In this document: positions 60,372-64,000 of the stretch, piece after piece
Position numbering within the stretch: position 1 is the first letter of the stretch
Layout of the letters: the number at the start of each line of letters is the position of its first letter
DNA from: Eledone cirrhosa
Taxonomy: Eukaryota
Length of the DNA: 64,000 nucleotides
Assembly (NCBI GenBank): GCA_964016885.1
Contig: OZ024750.1
Coordinates: 13,516,001-13,580,000 of the forward strand
Direction: 5' to 3'
Notes under the pieces: generated by a model
Database searches by the model: none
The model's input: only the letters and a program-made list of their open reading frames with translations
Told to the model about the DNA's origin: nothing
Position numbers and translations under genes: made by a program

Positions 60372-62098
60372 ATATAGAGTTATAAACTCAAATAGTCTTT
60401 TACAATTAATTAGCTCAAAGACAGGAATATTTCTGAGCCGTGTAATACAAATGAATATATGATAGGGATAAACACTGATACGAGTATACATATGTTCATA
60501 TTGCAAATGACCAAGTTAGCTAGATTGAAAAATACTAATTAAAATAATACGGTTTGCTTGTCTCGATTTAAAATAAAATAAAATAAAATCAATAAAAACA
60601 AACCTATATTGGCAAATTTAAATTTCAAATTTCAAATTTGTTTCGCAACAATTAAGTGAAAGTTCCTATTTCTGTGCTCTTCTGCAGTTATCCAGAAATT
60701 GGTAAGTTTCACTTCAAAATACTTAAGAAGACTGAGAGAAATGTGTTTTTTAACGCACATGTGTCACAGTGTCTAGCACGTCCTATACTCATGCCACTAA
60801 AAATAGCAGCCGGTTTTATGGGACTAAAAATAGCTCTACGTATGGAGCCGATAATATTAATATAGAGTTATAAACTCAAATAGTCTTTTACAATTAATTA
60901 GCTCAAAGACAGGAATATTTCTGAGCCGTGTAATACAAATGAATATATGATAGGGATAAACACTGATACGAGTATACATATGTTCATATTGCAAATGACC
61001 AAGTTAGCTAGATTGAAAAATACTAATTAAAATAATACGGTTTGCTTGTCTCGATTTAAAATAAAATAAAATAAAATCAATAAAAACAAACCTATATTGG
61101 CAAATTTAAATTTCAAATTTCAAATTTGTTTCGCAACAATTAAGTGAAAGTTCCTATTTCTGTGCTCTTCTGCAGTTATCCAGAAATTGGTAAGTTTCAC
61201 TTCAAAATACTTAAGAAGACTGAGAGAAATGTGTTTTTTAACGCACATGTGTCACAGTGTCTAGCACGTCCTATACTCATGCCACTAAAAATAGCAGCCG
61301 GTTTTATGGGACTAAAAATAGCTCTACGTATGGAGCCGATAATATTAATATAGAGTTATAAACTCAAATAGTCTTTTACAATTAATTAGCTCAAAGACAG
61401 GAATATTTCTGAGCCGTGTAATACAAATGAATATATGATAGGGATAAACACTGATACGAGTATACATATGTTCATATTGCAAATGACCAAGTTAGCTAGA
61501 TTGAAAAATACTAATTAAAATAATACGGTTTGCTTGTCTCGATTTAAAATAAAATAAAATAAAATCAATAAAAACAAACCTATATTGGCAAATTTAAATT
61601 TCAAATTTCAAATTTGTTTCGCAACAATTAAGTGAAAGTTCCTATTTCTGTGCTCTTCTGCAGTTATCCAGAAATTGGTAAGTTTCACTTCAAAATACTT
61701 AAGAAGACTGAGAGAAATGTGTTTTTTAACGCACATGTGTCACAGTGTCTAGCACGTCCTATACTCGTGCCACTAAAAATAGCAGCCGGTTTTATGGGAC
61801 TAAAAATAGCTCTACGTATGGAGCCGATAATATTAATATAGAGTTATAAACTCAAATAGTCTTTTACAATTAATTAGCTCATAGAAAGGAATATTTCTGA
61901 GCCATGTAATATAAATGAATATATGATAGGGATAAACACTGATACAATATAGGTTTGTTTTTATTGATTTATTATTTTAAATCGAGACAGGCAAACCGTA
62001 TTATTTTAATTAGTATTTTTCAATCTAGCTAACTTTGTAATTTGCAATGTGAACACATGTATACTTGTATCAGTGTTTATCCCTATCATATATTCATT

Positions 62099-62101
<3 letters not shown>
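60372..62101. repeat. 488-bp tandem repeat (3 full copies plus a partial copy) followed by an inverted partial copy, flanked by (TA)n
   Basis: Identical ORFs at 60656, 61144 and 61632 (period 488); 61947-62101 is the reverse complement of about 60447-60610. Confidence 0.95.
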
Positions 62102-62134
<33 letters not shown>

Positions 62135-62276
62135 AAAAGAGTGAGGACCCCGATGGCTCAGCTCTGGCCGTTTCGACAGCTAGATCCGAATATTTTCCTA
62201 TTACCCACTCTACTACCCTAAGTATCGAGTACTCTGGTGCGTTATGGTCCATCTGGTTTCTTACCACTCTTTATTA

Positions 62277-62521
62277 GATGGTATGGACATGTGATGCGCA
62301 TGGAGGATGACGGCTGGGTAAAGAAGTGCCAAGAAATCCCAGTAGTAGGAAGACACAGTAGACGTAAAACATGGGCGGAGGTGGTGAGAGCAGACCTCAG
62401 ATCGCTGAAACTCACCGAGGAGATGACGAAGGACCGTGATAAGTGGAGAGATGCTGTGCTAAATAGGACCCGTCCAACCCTTGCAAGGAGGGAAAAGCAG
62501 ACGTAAAATGATGATGATGAT
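62277..62521 (+). mobile_element. RTE LINE 3' end (related subfamily)
   Basis: RWYGHVMRMEDDGWVKKC...KTWAEVVRADL; (TGA)n tail. Confidence 0.82.
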
Positions 62522-62904
62522 ATATATATATATATATAGGAACTGTTTCATTGTTTTATTCATTATTTGTTTAATATTTTATCTTGACTCTGTATACCGT
62601 TTATCTTTCACCGAAAGTGATTTTTCATTACATCTCTTCTTTCCATGATATCCGGAATACATTGAGTTCTTCATACGGATTGGACACTACCGTAAACTCT
62701 TGGTAGATTTATCTACATATATATATATATATATATCAGCATTACTGGATATATGAACAATCATACAATGTGAGGAAATTTGCATTTTGATAAATTTATG
62801 GTTTGCAGAAGAGAAGAAACCCTATAGTTTATATTGATTACTGATACATGGAAGTGATTAAAGATAAGAATGATAATTTATTTCTCGGATATCTTCTTCA
62901 CCAA

Positions 62905-63265
62905 CTTATTCCCAGGTAGGTCGTGGGGTTAGAGTCATCAAGTATGCCTTCCAGCAGGTCCTATCAGAAGTAATCATCTCCAAGTAATCCAGCTGAATCC
63001 CCAAGCAAGACCAGCTGAGCTCATGGAGGTTATCCAATTTTAAACCATTTTGCTTGAGGTCTGCCCCAGGTTTTCTGCTGGTTGGTTTTGCCTGTGTAAT
63101 CTGTCCAGCAATTCTTTCCTGAGACATTTTGACCGCACATCTGTAGTATTGTAGCTGCGATCTCTCAGTTCAGAAAATAGAAACTTTACCTGGAGTGACT
63201 CTCTGATCTCCAAGCTAGCTATGCACTCTATCAAGTAATCTTACTCCAAAGACCCTTCGGAGGAA
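62905..63265 (-). mobile_element. RTE-like LINE 3' fragment
   Basis: [26 protein letters not shown]; homologous to 26390-26755. Confidence 0.7.
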
Positions 63266-64000
63266 TGTCCAATGTTGCAAGAACTGCGGCCTGTCCTGGG
63301 AGGTATGGGATGTACAATGGTTACATATCCAGAGACCTCAAAGATGATCTGGGGCGAAGTAAACTTTGACAACTTCTAGGATATATATCATCGTTGTTTA
63401 GCGTCCATTTTCCCATGCTTGCATGGGTTATATATATAAATTTTTGTATTTGTTTTGCAAGATTTTTGATGTGAAAAGGTGTGTTGAAATAAATATTCTT
63501 ATACTTTGCAGAAGTCATGCTGCCAATGAAAACACATGTACCAGTTCACTTTCACTTCAGTTTTATTATTAGTTAGGAAACTAATGCATTCCTTTGTTGG
63601 GCTATTTAATTGTCAAATCTCTTTTGTCACACATTCTGTGACATTCACAATGGCCTTTCTGCAGGATTAGTTTACCTGACTAATAATAAAACTGGTTTGT
63701 TTGATTTTATTGACAGCATGTTATAATCCCAAAGTACAATAATCACATAAATGCTCAGCATATATATACAGTACTATACGAACATGCCAGACAACAACAC
63801 GATGGTAACATAGACAACATAGAAATTAGAATAATATCTAAACATAGAAATGACCCAGCAGATAGGCAAATCAGAGAGGCCAGCGAAATAGAACTTAGAA
63901 GGCCAAGGCTAAACAGAAAAAAATGAATGGAATAACAACACCAAAACAAACAATATTGACCTAAGAGAAGTATAAATAAATACATACACAAGCACAATAA

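Noticed and set aside
60656-61841. Three near-identical 69-aa ORFs
   Set aside because: GTG-started by-products of the 488-bp repeat with no recognisable domain
62140-62278. Possible minus-strand hammerhead remnant (CTAATAA...TCGAAACGG)
   Set aside because: Core too degenerate and no convincing stems; if real it would weaken the strand-bias finding

Overview
AT-rich, microsatellite-laden eukaryotic DNA. The repeat landscape (Meta-/CORE-type tRNA SINEs, RTE LINEs with (TGA)n tails, long (TA)n/(GATA)n tracts) looks like an octopus/cephalopod genome; this is inference, not proven. Two spliced protein-coding genes were reconstructed by hand on the minus strand. (1) A MEKK2/MEKK3 (MAP3K2/3) orthologue: 15 phase-compatible GT-AG coding exons from 43492 to 24343, about 628 aa, PB1 plus kinase domain, with an unusual HRDIKCAN catalytic loop, a GPGAFG glycine loop and a short uORF. 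(2) An unrecognised secreted protein (13463 to 8001, about 944 aa): signal peptide, a 4-Cys FN1/VWC-like module on a symmetric phase-1 exon, and about 21 copies of a 20-aa Asn/Asp-rich repeat carrying N-glycosylation and Tyr-sulfation-type motifs. A CpG/ETS/CRE promoter-like segment lies near 1.4 kb. The rest is mobile DNA (RTE, CR1 and Tx1-like LINE pieces, SINEs, piggyBac/hAT/mariner MITEs, a Helitron), minisatellites and a high density of fold-back inverted repeats. Several of these carry Penelope-type hammerhead-ribozyme-like motifs, including a 352-bp palindrome that encodes a hammerhead fold on both strands. Coordinates were counted by eye and repeat boundaries are approximate.
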